Part shown: one piece after another, positions 1 through 9,137 of the stretch
How positions within the stretch are numbered: the stretch's first letter is position 1
How the letters are laid out: each line of letters begins with the position of its first letter
Assembly (NCBI GenBank): GCA_964623265.1
Contig: CAZUTK010000007.1
Location: 168-64,167 of the forward strand
Reading direction: 5' to 3'
Length of the DNA: 64,000 nucleotides
Source of the DNA: an uncultured bacterium
GTDB taxonomy: Bacteria > Electryoneota > B3-LCP
Translations under genes and position numbers: made by a program
Notes under the pieces: model-generated
Told to the model about the DNA's origin: nothing
Database searches by the model: none
Seen by the model: only the letters and a program-made list of their open reading frames with translations

Positions 1-1124
1 AAAATCGCCGAAGATAGATTTGCAACGGAACTATTCCCTGTCATCAGATTATACGATATTTGCGTTTCAACACCGGTTCCAATATAGATAACTCCACAAT
101 AAGTTACAATATTATCAATGAATTGATTACCTTGTACGGTGTATATTCCGTCCCAGAGATTGATACCTGCTCCCCAAACCGAAGTATTTTCAATGAACAG
201 ATTATTTGCAACGACTCCAATCACGCCACTGGAAAGAGTCAACGCGCCGAAACTTTGCGTATTGATATTTCGGATAAACTGATTGTTCTCAACGGTCACT
301 ATGGTTAAATTAGGCAATGCTCCAATAACAAGTCCGGAACCAATGATGAATTGTGAACTATGGTCAGCAATGATATTATCGCAAATCCAGTAGTTTCCTC
401 CTGAGAATAAACCGCAACCCACCGCCGGTGCAAAGTTGTTGAAGAAATGATTATTTAACACGCTGGCATTGTCACAATTAAATAATATGATTCCACCTGC
501 ATAATTGCTGGATGAATCATGGTGGATTTGATTATGCGCAATGACAAGAGCGCTGCTGTCACTGCTGATACCCCCACCGCCTGCAACAGCAAAATTGTTA
601 TATATATAATTGTCATGTATAATAGTTTCGGATTCCGCACCAATATAAATTCCGCCTCCCCAATCAGCACGATTCGAATGGATGATATTGGTTTTTAAGA
701 TCGGGCTTGAATGTCGAATGAAACAGCCTCCACCGTAGGTTTCTGTCGAACCCTGCCACCAGGTGTTTAAAGTCCCTTGACCGCCGGTGATCGTCAATCC
801 GGCGATGAGGGTGGTCGTATCCTGTCCATCACTAACATAGATCACGCTGGCGGAATCGGGGTTGGCGTAATGGCTGCCGTCTACGATTGTGTTCGTAATA
901 TGTGCCGTATCTGCATCCAGAAGATACCAGCTTGATAAAGTCAAATTTAATGGTGGGAAAACGATGTTTTCAAAGTACGTGCCGTCCGCTACGATAACAG
1001 TGTCGAATTCTGATACATTGTTGACAGCTTCCTGGATGGTGGAGTATTCTTCAGGTACATGGTGAATTGCTCCCCATGATGAATGCGAAAATAAAAGAAG
1101 GATCAGCAGAAGAATGAACATCAT
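1..1124 (-). CDS. Secreted parallel beta-helix repeat protein (pectate-lyase/adhesin-like), partial: C-terminus runs off window
   Basis: Uninterrupted minus-strand frame from ATGATG (1124-1119; GGAG 6 nt upstream) to the window edge, so it is absent from the ORF track. N-terminal signal peptide MMFILLLILLLFSHSSWG. Repeated ~22-aa N/G/I-rich units (e.g. NNLFIENTSVWGAGINLWDGIYTVQGNQFIDN) typical of right-handed beta-helix. Confidence 0.6.
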   Translation of the reverse strand, partial: MMFILLLILLLFSHSSWGAIHHVPEEYSTIQEAVNNVSEFDTVIVADGTYFENIVFPPLNLTLSSWYLLDADTAHITNTIVDGSHYANPDSASVIYVSDGQDTTTLIAGLTITGGQGTLNTWWQGSTETYGGGCFIRHSSPILKTNIIHSNRADWGGGIYIGAESETIIHDNYIYNNFAVAGGGGISSDSSALVIAHNQIHHDSSSNYAGGIILFNCDNASVLNNHFFNNFAPAVGCGLFSGGNYWICDNIIADHSSQFIIGSGLVIGALPNLTIVTVENNQFIRNINTQSFGALTLSSGVIGVVANNLFIENTSVWGAGINLWDGIYTVQGNQFIDNIVTYCGVIYIGTGVETQISYNLMTGNSSVANLSSAI

Positions 1125-1139
1125 TTTCTCCAATAAACA

Positions 1140-1177
1140 AGAAATATGCAGAGCAACGGCAATCACCGTTGCTCTGC
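1140..1177 (-). terminator. Rho-independent terminator candidate after gene 1191-1589
   Basis: Perfect 12-bp inverted repeat GCAGAGCAACGG-caatca-CCGTTGCTCTGC (1148-1177). T-rich tract on the minus strand immediately 3' (TTTCTTGTTTATTG). Confidence 0.5.
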
Positions 1178-1190
1178 ACTTAGTTTACGT

Positions 1191-1589
1191 TCACGGATTA
1201 TCTGAACCATAATCACCCGTACCGACCGAACATGTCGCCCATCCTGGTATTGGTTCTGTTCCGGTGTAAGTCGAAACGGTATAGGTGTGTCCATCTTGAA
1301 TTATGCCCGTAAGACTTCCTCCTGTGCTTTCATAGGTTACTTTGCTGAACATGGTTTGCGTATCCTCACTTATGGCAAGATATCCGGGATGATCCAAAGT
1401 ATGCATTGTAATACGCCAATGCCAGCTCGTGCCCGGCGGTGAATTGGCAGTAAAGTAAGCGGTACTGGATTGTGTGAAAGTGTATACCGTACAAGATTGC
1501 CGTTCATATGCTATAAGGGTACCGACAGCCATCAGTAGGATCAGTCCACACGCCAGAATCACAATGAGATTTTGTCTTTGTTTCCCCAT
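1191..1589 (-). CDS. Hypothetical small secreted/membrane-anchored protein
   Basis: 132-aa ORF with strong SD (AAGGAGG 6 nt upstream). N-terminal hydrophobic segment LIVILACGLILLMAVGTLIA. No recognisable family. Confidence 0.5.
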   Translation of the reverse strand: MGKQRQNLIVILACGLILLMAVGTLIAYERQSCTVYTFTQSSTAYFTANSPPGTSWHWRITMHTLDHPGYLAISEDTQTMFSKVTYESTGGSLTGIIQDGHTYTVSTYTGTEPIPGWATCSVGTGDYGSDNP

Positions 1590-1964
1590 TTCAACCTCCT
1601 TGAAAAGTTTCTTCGTTTTTTACAGAAATATCCCGTTGCACGCGTCCGAATAGGATCGGCAATCCCCTCCTTCCGACTTTAGGACGCACTTATAGTAAAA
1701 AAAATGAAAAAGTCAAGGCTTTTCGCAAAATTTTTAATTTTTTTTACACGTCACCGGAGTATGTCGTGCTGTTCTGCGGGATGTATATCTGAACCGCAGA
1801 TGACGCAGATTTCGCGGATTTTACGGATTATTTGCCGTGCCGTCGAGTGCGTAAGTAAATGACCGCTTCGTGGAAGAATCAAAAGCACGGGGAACCACTT
1901 CATGGCAAGACATTGCGGTCTGGATGGCAAGATGGAAGCGTTATCCTGACAAAGTTAGGATAGT

Positions 1965-2001
1965 CTAAAATCATCGAGGCCGCCCTTGCATAGGCGGCCT
2001 C
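1965..2001 (-). terminator. Terminator-like hairpin downstream of GGDEF gene
   Basis: GAGGCCGCC-cttgcata-GGCGGCCTC (1976-2001). Followed on the minus strand by GATGATTTTAG. Confidence 0.4.
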
Positions 2002-2051
2002 CCATCGGAATATTTCAATAGTTGAATAGTTTATGCTTTCGCAACTTTCGT

Positions 2052-2978
2052 TTATCCCACCATCACGCAATTCCTTCCCTGGCGTTTCGCCAGATACAAC
2101 GCCTCGTCCGCCAGCGCCAGCAGATCGGCTTCCGAACGGATGCGGGGATCCGGATAGGCGGAAACCCCGATGGAGAGGCTGATCTTCAAATCCTCGATCA
2201 CTTCCGATCCGCCGACGCGAAAGACCGGCATTACTTCCGCCGCCCGGCGCAACCGGTCCGCCACCGTTTCCGCGCCTCGTCGATCGGTTTCCGGCAGAAG
2301 AATCAGAAATTCCTCGCCGCCGTAGCGGAAGGGGATATCCACTTCCCGCGTGGTGTTGCGGATCAGCGCAGCCAATTCCCGCAACACGGCGTCGCCCTGC
2401 AAATGCCCATGCGTATCGTTGACCAGCTTGAAATGGTCTATGTCCGAGATCAGACAGGAGAGCTTGCTGCGATATCGCTTCGCCCGGATGAATTCGCGGC
2501 GCAGAACTTCCTGCAGGTAGCGGCGGTTGTAAATCTGGGTGAGCTGGTCGGTGATGGATAACAGACGCAGCTCTTCATTCTTCTGTTCAAGCAGCTCGTG
2601 GTATTTCTTCAATCGGCTATATTTCAGCGCTTTCGCCACTCGCAGCTTGAAGTCCCGGGCGTCGAAGGGCTTGAAAATGCAATCTTCGGCGCCGCGTTCC
2701 AGGGCTTTCACACCGAAAAGATCGCCGAATCCGGTGAAGGTGATGACGGGGATGTCCACGTACTCTTTCGCCAGATGATCCAGCAATTCCAGACCGTCCA
2801 TGACCGGCATAGATATATCGGTGATAACCAGATCAAACGGCTGCGATTGGATCTTGCGGATGGCTTCCTGTCCGTTTTCCGCCAGCACCAGATGATAATC
2901 TTCCTGCGTATTCAAGATGGATGTGATGATCTCCCGGCTTTCCCAGGAGTCGTCCACGATCAGGATGGAAAAACTCAT
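2052..2978 (-). CDS. Response regulator receiver + GGDEF diguanylate cyclase (PleD-like)
   Basis: Receiver motifs ILIVDD ... DLVITDISMPVMDG ... KPF. GGDEF domain with RYGGEEF active-site motif. ATG at 2978 has GAGAGG SD; the ORF-track start at 2993 is a TTG. Confidence 0.85.
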   Translation of the reverse strand: MSFSILIVDDSWESREIITSILNTQEDYHLVLAENGQEAIRKIQSQPFDLVITDISMPVMDGLELLDHLAKEYVDIPVITFTGFGDLFGVKALERGAEDCIFKPFDARDFKLRVAKALKYSRLKKYHELLEQKNEELRLLSITDQLTQIYNRRYLQEVLRREFIRAKRYRSKLSCLISDIDHFKLVNDTHGHLQGDAVLRELAALIRNTTREVDIPFRYGGEEFLILLPETDRRGAETVADRLRRAAEVMPVFRVGGSEVIEDLKISLSIGVSAYPDPRIRSEADLLALADEALYLAKRQGRNCVMVG

Positions 2979-3213
2979 CCTTGAACCTCTCAAACTGACC
3001 CTTGCGTCCGGATCGAAACATTACGAGCGTGTAATACTTGCATTTTGTGCTTCACCGTTTTTCACACGCCGACTTCACGAATATAGGTTGATGCTTTCAG
3101 AATGTCAAGGAATTTCCGGCAATTTTAGAGCCTCTGGCGGAGCCGAAGGGAAAAGGGAATTTCGGGCTATATTGCGAAAAGTGCTTGAAAAATTCCGTTG
3201 GATTTCTTATACT

Positions 3214-4065
3214 ATGCGCATGATTAAATTTTTCATCTTCATAGGCGTGCTCTGTTTCATCTCGAGCGCTTTTGCGTCGGAAAGCATCATCCCGGCAGGC
3301 GTGCGCGTGCAGAGTCTGGGAGGCGCCGGCGTGGCTTTGTCTTCGGATGTGTCCACCTTGTACTGGAATCCCGCAGGGCTTTACGATCTGGATCGCTTGG
3401 CTCTGGATCTGACCTTTCAGTTTGAAGATCTGGACTGGCCGTCGAATTGGGGCGTCTCCTATGGAAATTATTCCGCTTCCGCTCGACGCGGAGCCGGCCT
3501 TGGCGTCTATCGTCTGCTCGTTCGTTCCGACTCTGTCGGCGGCGATGCCGTCGCCGTGCTTCTGACCACGGTCTATCGCACGCCCTTGGGATTGCCGTTG
3601 GGAGTGTCTTTCAAGTATATTAACGAAAACTGGGGGGGTGAAGGCAGGGAGCATTATTTCACGCTGGACGCCGGAACCCTTGTAACGATCGGCACACTGC
3701 AATGGGGCGCGTCGTTCCAGAGCTTGACGCAGCCGGACAGCCGCATTCTCCCCTATCAAGTGCTATGCGGTTTTTCTTGGGATCTCTGGGGGCGCTTGAC
3801 CCTGGTGGGACAAGCAGCCGTACATAGCTGGGATGACGTTGAGAACTGGAGGCAGGCTGTCCTTGGAGGCGGTGCGGAGTTCTTCTTCAACGAAGCAATC
3901 TCGATTCGGATGGGCAGAACCGAAACGCCAGATGAGAAGTTCTGGACGGGTGGGATCGGGTGGTCTTCTAAAGGAAATCCGGCGCACCTGTATCTCGGCT
4001 GCCATTGGTTTGATAAAGAAGAAGCGAAAAATCGCTATTTCATCGGTTATGGCATTTACTACTGA
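3214..4065 (+). CDS. Outer-membrane beta-barrel protein, FadL/PorV-like (NPAGL motif)
   Basis: Internal ATG at 3214 gives signal peptide MRMIKFFIFIGVLCFISSAFA. The ORF-track upstream extension overlaps the convergent GGDEF gene. YWNPAGL motif near the N-terminus. Alternating beta-strand pattern. C-terminal aromatic ...GYGIYY. Confidence 0.5.
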   Translation: MRMIKFFIFIGVLCFISSAFASESIIPAGVRVQSLGGAGVALSSDVSTLYWNPAGLYDLDRLALDLTFQFEDLDWPSNWGVSYGNYSASARRGAGLGVYRLLVRSDSVGGDAVAVLLTTVYRTPLGLPLGVSFKYINENWGGEGREHYFTLDAGTLVTIGTLQWGASFQSLTQPDSRILPYQVLCGFSWDLWGRLTLVGQAAVHSWDDVENWRQAVLGGGAEFFFNEAISIRMGRTETPDEKFWTGGIGWSSKGNPAHLYLGCHWFDKEEAKNRYFIGYGIYY

Positions 4066-4070
4066 ACGTT

Positions 4071-4913
4071 ATGCCTGAACTGCCGGAAGTCGAAACCATC
4101 GTGCGGGGCTTGCGCGCTCAGATTTTAGATATACCGATCGCGAACGCGAGATTATTGCGCCGGGATGTATTGAAAAATTCCGGTGTAAAGCCGGCGCAGT
4201 TTGCAAATTTCTTTCAGAGCAAGAGTTTCCGATCCGTTGAACGACTCGGGAAATTCATATTGTTCGAATTAAATACCGGCGATAAGCTGCTGGCGCATCT
4301 GGGGATGACCGGCAAATTCATCATCGGTAGACGAAATGCGCCTCTGCCGGATCATCTTTGCAGCCAGATATTCTTCGCCGATCCAATCAGGCTGGATCAT
4401 GTGGATGTCCGCCGTTTCGGCAGGCTGGAACTCTATACGCGGGATGCGGAGATTCCCGTCCTGAATCGGATCGGTCCGGATCCTCTCGCCCCCAGTTTCG
4501 GATGGAGGACGATGCAAACGCTGATCTTCACCCGGAATAGGAGCGGCAGGAGGCGGCGCGCCGTTCATACGTTGTTGCTGGATCAATCCTTGATATCCGG
4601 AGTCGGTAATATTTACGCTGCGGAAGCTCTCTTCCGCGCCGGCATCCGACCGCAGCGGCGGGCCGATCGAATTACGTCGAAGGAATTGGAACGGCTGACA
4701 GAAGCCTTACGACAGGTCTTATTGGACGCCTTGGAAGCAGGCGGGACGACGGTGAATGACTATCGCCGAGTGGACGATAAACCCGGTGAGTTCCGATCGC
4801 TGCTGCAGGTTTACGCCAGAGAAGGCGAGCCGTGCAAGCGCTGTCGAACCGGCATCCGACGCGTCCGGATTCAGAATCGAAGCGCTTTTTTCTGCCCGTC
4901 CTGTCAGAAATGA
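4071..4913 (+). CDS. mutM: Formamidopyrimidine-DNA glycosylase
   Basis: N-terminal MPELPEVETI (catalytic Pro2), H2TH region. C-terminal zinc finger CKRCRTGIRRVRIQNRSAFFCPSCQK. Confidence 0.9.
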   Translation: MPELPEVETIVRGLRAQILDIPIANARLLRRDVLKNSGVKPAQFANFFQSKSFRSVERLGKFILFELNTGDKLLAHLGMTGKFIIGRRNAPLPDHLCSQIFFADPIRLDHVDVRRFGRLELYTRDAEIPVLNRIGPDPLAPSFGWRTMQTLIFTRNRSGRRRRAVHTLLLDQSLISGVGNIYAAEALFRAGIRPQRRADRITSKELERLTEALRQVLLDALEAGGTTVNDYRRVDDKPGEFRSLLQVYAREGEPCKRCRTGIRRVRIQNRSAFFCPSCQK

Positions 4914-4925
4914 TGATGGCGCCGC

Positions 4926-5999
4926 ATGGAGATGCATCCCGATTCCAATACCGATTCTACTGCAATGTCCGCACATCGGTTTCTACGCGGCAATTCCGCG
5001 CGATATTTCGGCGCGTATCTCCTGGCGTTTCTATGTCTATTCCTCGTATTTTACGACGCCCGCATCGGCGTCATCATCGAGCAAATGGGAGCCATCCGCT
5101 GGAGATGGATGCTGGCGGCGGTAATACTTGAAATCTGCGTGTATATCCTGGAAGGTTTGCAGTGGCAGCTTCTCTTGAAACCGCAGGGTCGGATCACTTG
5201 GTATAAAGCGATGCAAGCGATTTACGTCGGTCTGTTCGCCAATGAAATTCTGCCGCTGCGCGCCGGCGAAGTTGCTCGAGCGTATCTCGTTTCCCGCTGG
5301 CTGAAGTCTTCGTTCGTCGCGATACTTCCATCCATTATGCTGCAGAGATTTATGGATGGGATTTGGTTGATCATCGCTCTCGGAATCACCGCCATTCTGG
5401 TGGATCTGCCGAAGAATCTGGTCCAAGCAGCGGATATTTTCGGCGTCGCTCTTCTGGGCGCTACGATTCTGTTGGTTTTCCTGATCTTTCGCAGGGAGAA
5501 GAAATTGGAGAGAGGATCGGTGGAGACTCGCTACCACTGGAAGCTATTGCAATACTTCGCCTCGGTCATCCAGCGGATCGCCGCCGGAATTCGAACAATC
5601 GGCACATCCGGATCCTTCTATGCGGCATTCGGCGTTGCTTTCTTCGTGCTTTTTTTTCAAGTCCTTTCCTTCTGGTTGATGATGCTGGCATACGGGATCA
5701 CGGTTTCCGTTTGGGTCGGCGCCGCGGTGCTGTTCATCGTTCTTTTGGGCACGGCGATCCCCAACGCGCCGGCAAATCTCGGCACGTTCCAATTCTTTGC
5801 GGTTCTGGGCTTGTCGTTGTTCGAAGTGGATAAGACCACGGCAACAGGATTTTCCGTCATCTCGTTCTCGTTGATCACCGCATTATTTTTAATCTTAGGT
5901 TTTTTCGCTGTCAGCATGAGCGGTATTCATTTCAAGCAGATCAAAGATGACATTGCGACTTTATGGAATGCCCAGCGAAAGAATAGAGCAGCAACCTGA
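4926..5999 (+). CDS. UPF0104 / lysylphosphatidylglycerol-synthase-TM-like integral membrane protein (flippase-like)
   Basis: ~8 predicted TM helices. Conserved LPLRAGEVARAYLVSRW segment typical of the UPF0104 family. Confidence 0.55.
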   Translation: MEMHPDSNTDSTAMSAHRFLRGNSARYFGAYLLAFLCLFLVFYDARIGVIIEQMGAIRWRWMLAAVILEICVYILEGLQWQLLLKPQGRITWYKAMQAIYVGLFANEILPLRAGEVARAYLVSRWLKSSFVAILPSIMLQRFMDGIWLIIALGITAILVDLPKNLVQAADIFGVALLGATILLVFLIFRREKKLERGSVETRYHWKLLQYFASVIQRIAAGIRTIGTSGSFYAAFGVAFFVLFFQVLSFWLMMLAYGITVSVWVGAAVLFIVLLGTAIPNAPANLGTFQFFAVLGLSLFEVDKTTATGFSVISFSLITALFLILGFFAVSMSGIHFKQIKDDIATLWNAQRKNRAAT

Positions 6000-6019
6000 A
6001 TCATAATTGATAGAGGACG

Positions 6020-6667
6020 ATGATTCCAGACTCGCAAAAGATCGAAAATGCCGTCTTATGCGGCGAGACGGAAACTGCCGCATCTCTCGCTCATGAATTG
6101 CTCGCAGCCGGAATGCCGCGACTTGACGCGCTCCAGCCATTCATCGCCGCCATCCGGCGCGCCGGCGACCTCTTCGAACAAGGTGATTTTTTCCTCCCCC
6201 AGCTTCTCTTGGCATCCAACGCTATGAAAGCGGCTCTGGATGTTATCTACCCCCGCGATTCGCAGGAAACGAATGGCATTTATCAAGGTACGGTGCTGGC
6301 TGGGACGGTTCAGGGCGATATCCACGAAATCGGCAAGAATCTGGTCTGCGCTCTGCTGACCGCTCACGGCTTCAGAGTCATTGATCTGGGCGGCGATGTG
6401 GCTCCGAACCGCTTTCTCGAACAAATCCGAGTAATAAAACCGGATCTGCTGGCGCTGTCCGCTCTGTTGACGACTACGATGATCCAGCAGAAGCGGATGA
6501 TCGAATTGCTGGAAGAAGCCGATCTGCGAAACCGGGTGAAAGTGATGGTCGGCGGCGCGCCCGTCACCTCGCAATGGGCGCAAAGCATCGGCGCCGACGG
6601 TTACGCCCCTGACGCGGCGCGCGCCGTAGATCTGGCATTCGGTTTGTTGGGAAAAAGCCGTGCGTGA
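6020..6667 (+). CDS. Cobalamin-binding corrinoid protein (MtgC/MtbC-like, B12-binding domain)
   Basis: N-terminal B12-binding cap helix bundle. DxHxxG motif (GDIHEIGKN) and Rossmann-like GGxxxT region (MVGGAPVT). AGAGGA SD. Confidence 0.8.
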   Translation: MIPDSQKIENAVLCGETETAASLAHELLAAGMPRLDALQPFIAAIRRAGDLFEQGDFFLPQLLLASNAMKAALDVIYPRDSQETNGIYQGTVLAGTVQGDIHEIGKNLVCALLTAHGFRVIDLGGDVAPNRFLEQIRVIKPDLLALSALLTTTMIQQKRMIELLEEADLRNRVKVMVGGAPVTSQWAQSIGADGYAPDAARAVDLAFGLLGKSRA

Positions 6668-7553
6668 GCCGATCGTTCGGCGAATTGCGCAAGGAAAACC
6701 CCTGCTGTTCGACGGAGCACTGGGTACGAGATTGATCGCGCGAGGCTTGTCCGCCGGAACACCGCCGGAAGACTGGGTTTTGCGTCATCCGGAACAGCTG
6801 CTGAACGTGCATCGCAGCTATGTCGAGGCGGGATCAGAGGCCATCGCCGCCTGCACGTTCGGCGCTAACCGCCTGCGTCTTCGCAAAACAGGACTGGAAG
6901 ATCGGATCGAAACGGTCAATTGTGAAGCGGTGCGTCTGGCTCGGGAAGCGGCGGGAGAGAACGTGTACGTTGCGGCGGATATCGGACCCACCGGCGAATT
7001 CTTTGAACCGATCGGGGCTTTGACGGAAACTGAAGCCGAAGCCATTTTCGAAGAACAGGCGAGGTTTCTCGCGCATACGGACGTGGATTTCCTTTTCTTG
7101 GAGACTTTTTATGATCTGCGGGAAGCGCGCATCGCGTTGAAGGCTTGCCGGGAAGCCGCGCCTCAGATCCCGATTGCGGCCAGCCTGACATTCAGCCGTA
7201 AGCCGCGCGGTTTTTTTACAGTGATGGGGGACCCCGCCGTCGCCTCCCTGCGCGCCCTGATGGAAGATGGGGCGTTCCTGATTGGTTCGAATTGCACTCA
7301 GGAAGCAAAGGGAATGCTGGAATTGGCGCGGGTGCTGATTCTCGGTGAGCTTCAGGCTCCTCTCGTTTTCCAGCCCAACGCCGGTGAACCGCAGGTGACA
7401 ACGAGCGGGATCATTTATCCGCAGGACGCCGAAACATTCAGCGCATTGGTTGCGGAAATGCTCGCGCTGGGTGTCCGCGCCGTCGGGGGATGCTGCGGAA
7501 CGGATGAAAGCCATATTCGCGCTATTAAGAAACAGATTGAAAATCAGTTTTAG
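6660..7553 (+). CDS. Homocysteine-S-methyltransferase-domain protein (Zn-dependent thiol methyltransferase, MetH Hcy-domain-like)
   Basis: LFDGALGT N-terminal motif. Zn-ligand cysteines IGSNCTQE and AVGGCCGT. GTG start overlaps the stop of the corrinoid gene (translational coupling). Confidence 0.75.
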   Translation: MREPIVRRIAQGKPLLFDGALGTRLIARGLSAGTPPEDWVLRHPEQLLNVHRSYVEAGSEAIAACTFGANRLRLRKTGLEDRIETVNCEAVRLAREAAGENVYVAADIGPTGEFFEPIGALTETEAEAIFEEQARFLAHTDVDFLFLETFYDLREARIALKACREAAPQIPIAASLTFSRKPRGFFTVMGDPAVASLRALMEDGAFLIGSNCTQEAKGMLELARVLILGELQAPLVFQPNAGEPQVTTSGIIYPQDAETFSALVAEMLALGVRAVGGCCGTDESHIRAIKKQIENQF

Positions 7554-7655
7554 CGAAGTTCTTATGATGGACTTCGATCCGCCTTGCGCTTAAAGCAGCG
7601 GAATGGACAAGCAGCGGCGGATCCGACAATCACGGATCAACGAGAGCGATAAAAA

Positions 7656-9131
7656 ATGAATCAACTATCTCCTCTCTGCATCGTCACGGAAGAGTTCATC
7701 GAAGATGTCATCTCGGAAGCGTTCGACATCCTGATGAAGGTCGGCGTCTACGTCGAGAATCCGGAAGCCTACTCTCTCCTCTGCGAGCATGGAGCGAAAC
7801 CGCAGAACGAATCGAAAAGCGGCAATCGCATCGGGAAGCTGCTCTTTTCTCAAGCGATGATTGAGAAGGCGTTGGAAACTGCCCCGCTGTCCATTCGGCT
7901 TGCGGATGTAACAGGCGATGAATCACTCGCATTGCAGGATGACCAGGTGCACTATGATCCGGGTTCTGCGGCGTTATTCCTGCATGATCCCGCCGCCGGG
8001 CGCATCTGCAAACCGACAACAAAGGACTTGCTTAGATACATACGGCTCGTAGATCTCCTCCCTCATTATCACCTGCAATCCAGCGCCTTGATCAGCGCCG
8101 ATGTGCCCGAATCCTGCGCGGATTCCTATCGGCTCTATCTGGCTTTGCGACACGGAAGGAAACCGGTTGTAACCGGGACGTTCCACAAGAGCAGTTTCGG
8201 GCTGATGCACGAGATGCTGGCGTTGGTGCGTTCCGGTGAACAGGCTTTGCGGGAACTGCCGCTGGCGATCTTCGATGCCTGCCCCTCGCCGCCGTTGATG
8301 TGGTCGGATTTGACGTCGCAGTCCGTCCTGGATGCCGCGCGAGCGGGGATCCCATCGGAGTTCGTTTCCATGCCGCTCACCGGTTCCACGGCGCCGGTAA
8401 CGCTTGCCGGAGCGGTTGTGCAACACGCCGCCGAAACGCTCTCCGGCGTGGTGCTGGCTCAGTGCGCGATGGCGGGCGCTCCCGTCATCTGGGGCGGATC
8501 TCCTTCCGCGATGGATTTGCGTTTCGGCACGACGCCGATGGGCGCTATTGAGACTATGATGCTGAACCTGGCGGATGTTGCCGTGGGGAAGTATCTGGAT
8601 TTGCCCACACACGCCTATATGGGATTATCCGATGCCAAGCAAGTGGATTATCAAACTGGGATGGAGTCCGCGCTGGGGATCCTCTTAGCCGGATTGGCGG
8701 GGATCAACGTCGTTTCCGGCGCTGGGATGCTGGACTTTGAAAACTGCCAGAGTCTGGAGAAACTGTATCTGGATCATGAAATCTGCGCAATGACGTATAG
8801 ATTCCTCGCGGGGATCGTTCGTCGGGATGACGTTATGGCTCTGGATCTGCTGGCGTCGCTGCCGCACGGCGGACATCTTTTAACTCACCCCCACACCTTG
8901 CGCTGGTTTAAGGAAGAGATCGCGATGCCAGGCAGAGCTATTGACCGACGCGCGAGGAATTCCGAAGTTCTCTCGGAACTGCCGTCCGCGGCGGAACAGG
9001 CGCATGCCGAGGTTGAACGTTTGTTGAGCGGCGAGGCGCACCCTTACCTGGATGAAAAGGTGCTCGCTCAGTTGGATCAAATGATGACGGCGGAATTGAA
9101 ACGATTCGGTGCGAAGGGGTTGCCGGAATAA
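7656..9131 (+). CDS. MttB-superfamily (trimethylamine methyltransferase family) substrate:corrinoid methyltransferase, non-pyrrolysine member
   Basis: 491 aa. Strong similarity pattern to MttB core (PLTGSTAPVTLAGAVVQHAAETLSGVVLAQ ... GAGMLDFEN). Position of the Pyl codon in MttB (AGS-O-SDAK) is Leu here (MGLSDAK), as in MtgB/MtpB/MtcB-type quaternary-amine methyltransferases. Confidence 0.8.
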   Translation: MNQLSPLCIVTEEFIEDVISEAFDILMKVGVYVENPEAYSLLCEHGAKPQNESKSGNRIGKLLFSQAMIEKALETAPLSIRLADVTGDESLALQDDQVHYDPGSAALFLHDPAAGRICKPTTKDLLRYIRLVDLLPHYHLQSSALISADVPESCADSYRLYLALRHGRKPVVTGTFHKSSFGLMHEMLALVRSGEQALRELPLAIFDACPSPPLMWSDLTSQSVLDAARAGIPSEFVSMPLTGSTAPVTLAGAVVQHAAETLSGVVLAQCAMAGAPVIWGGSPSAMDLRFGTTPMGAIETMMLNLADVAVGKYLDLPTHAYMGLSDAKQVDYQTGMESALGILLAGLAGINVVSGAGMLDFENCQSLEKLYLDHEICAMTYRFLAGIVRRDDVMALDLLASLPHGGHLLTHPHTLRWFKEEIAMPGRAIDRRARNSEVLSELPSAAEQAHAEVERLLSGEAHPYLDEKVLAQLDQMMTAELKRFGAKGLPE

Positions 9132-9137
9132 ACCGAT

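Noticed and set aside
2022-2984. Plus-strand ORFs 2022-2561, 2539-2778 and 2598-2984 (79-179 aa)
   Set aside because: They lie entirely antisense to the well-supported receiver-GGDEF gene. They are Arg/Gly-rich shadow ORFs typical of a GC-rich frame, with no RBS and no motifs.
3097-3759. Minus-strand 220-aa ORF inside the OMP gene
   Set aside because: Antisense to a gene with signal peptide and beta-barrel pattern. Composition (R/G/Q/A rich) is characteristic of a shadow frame.
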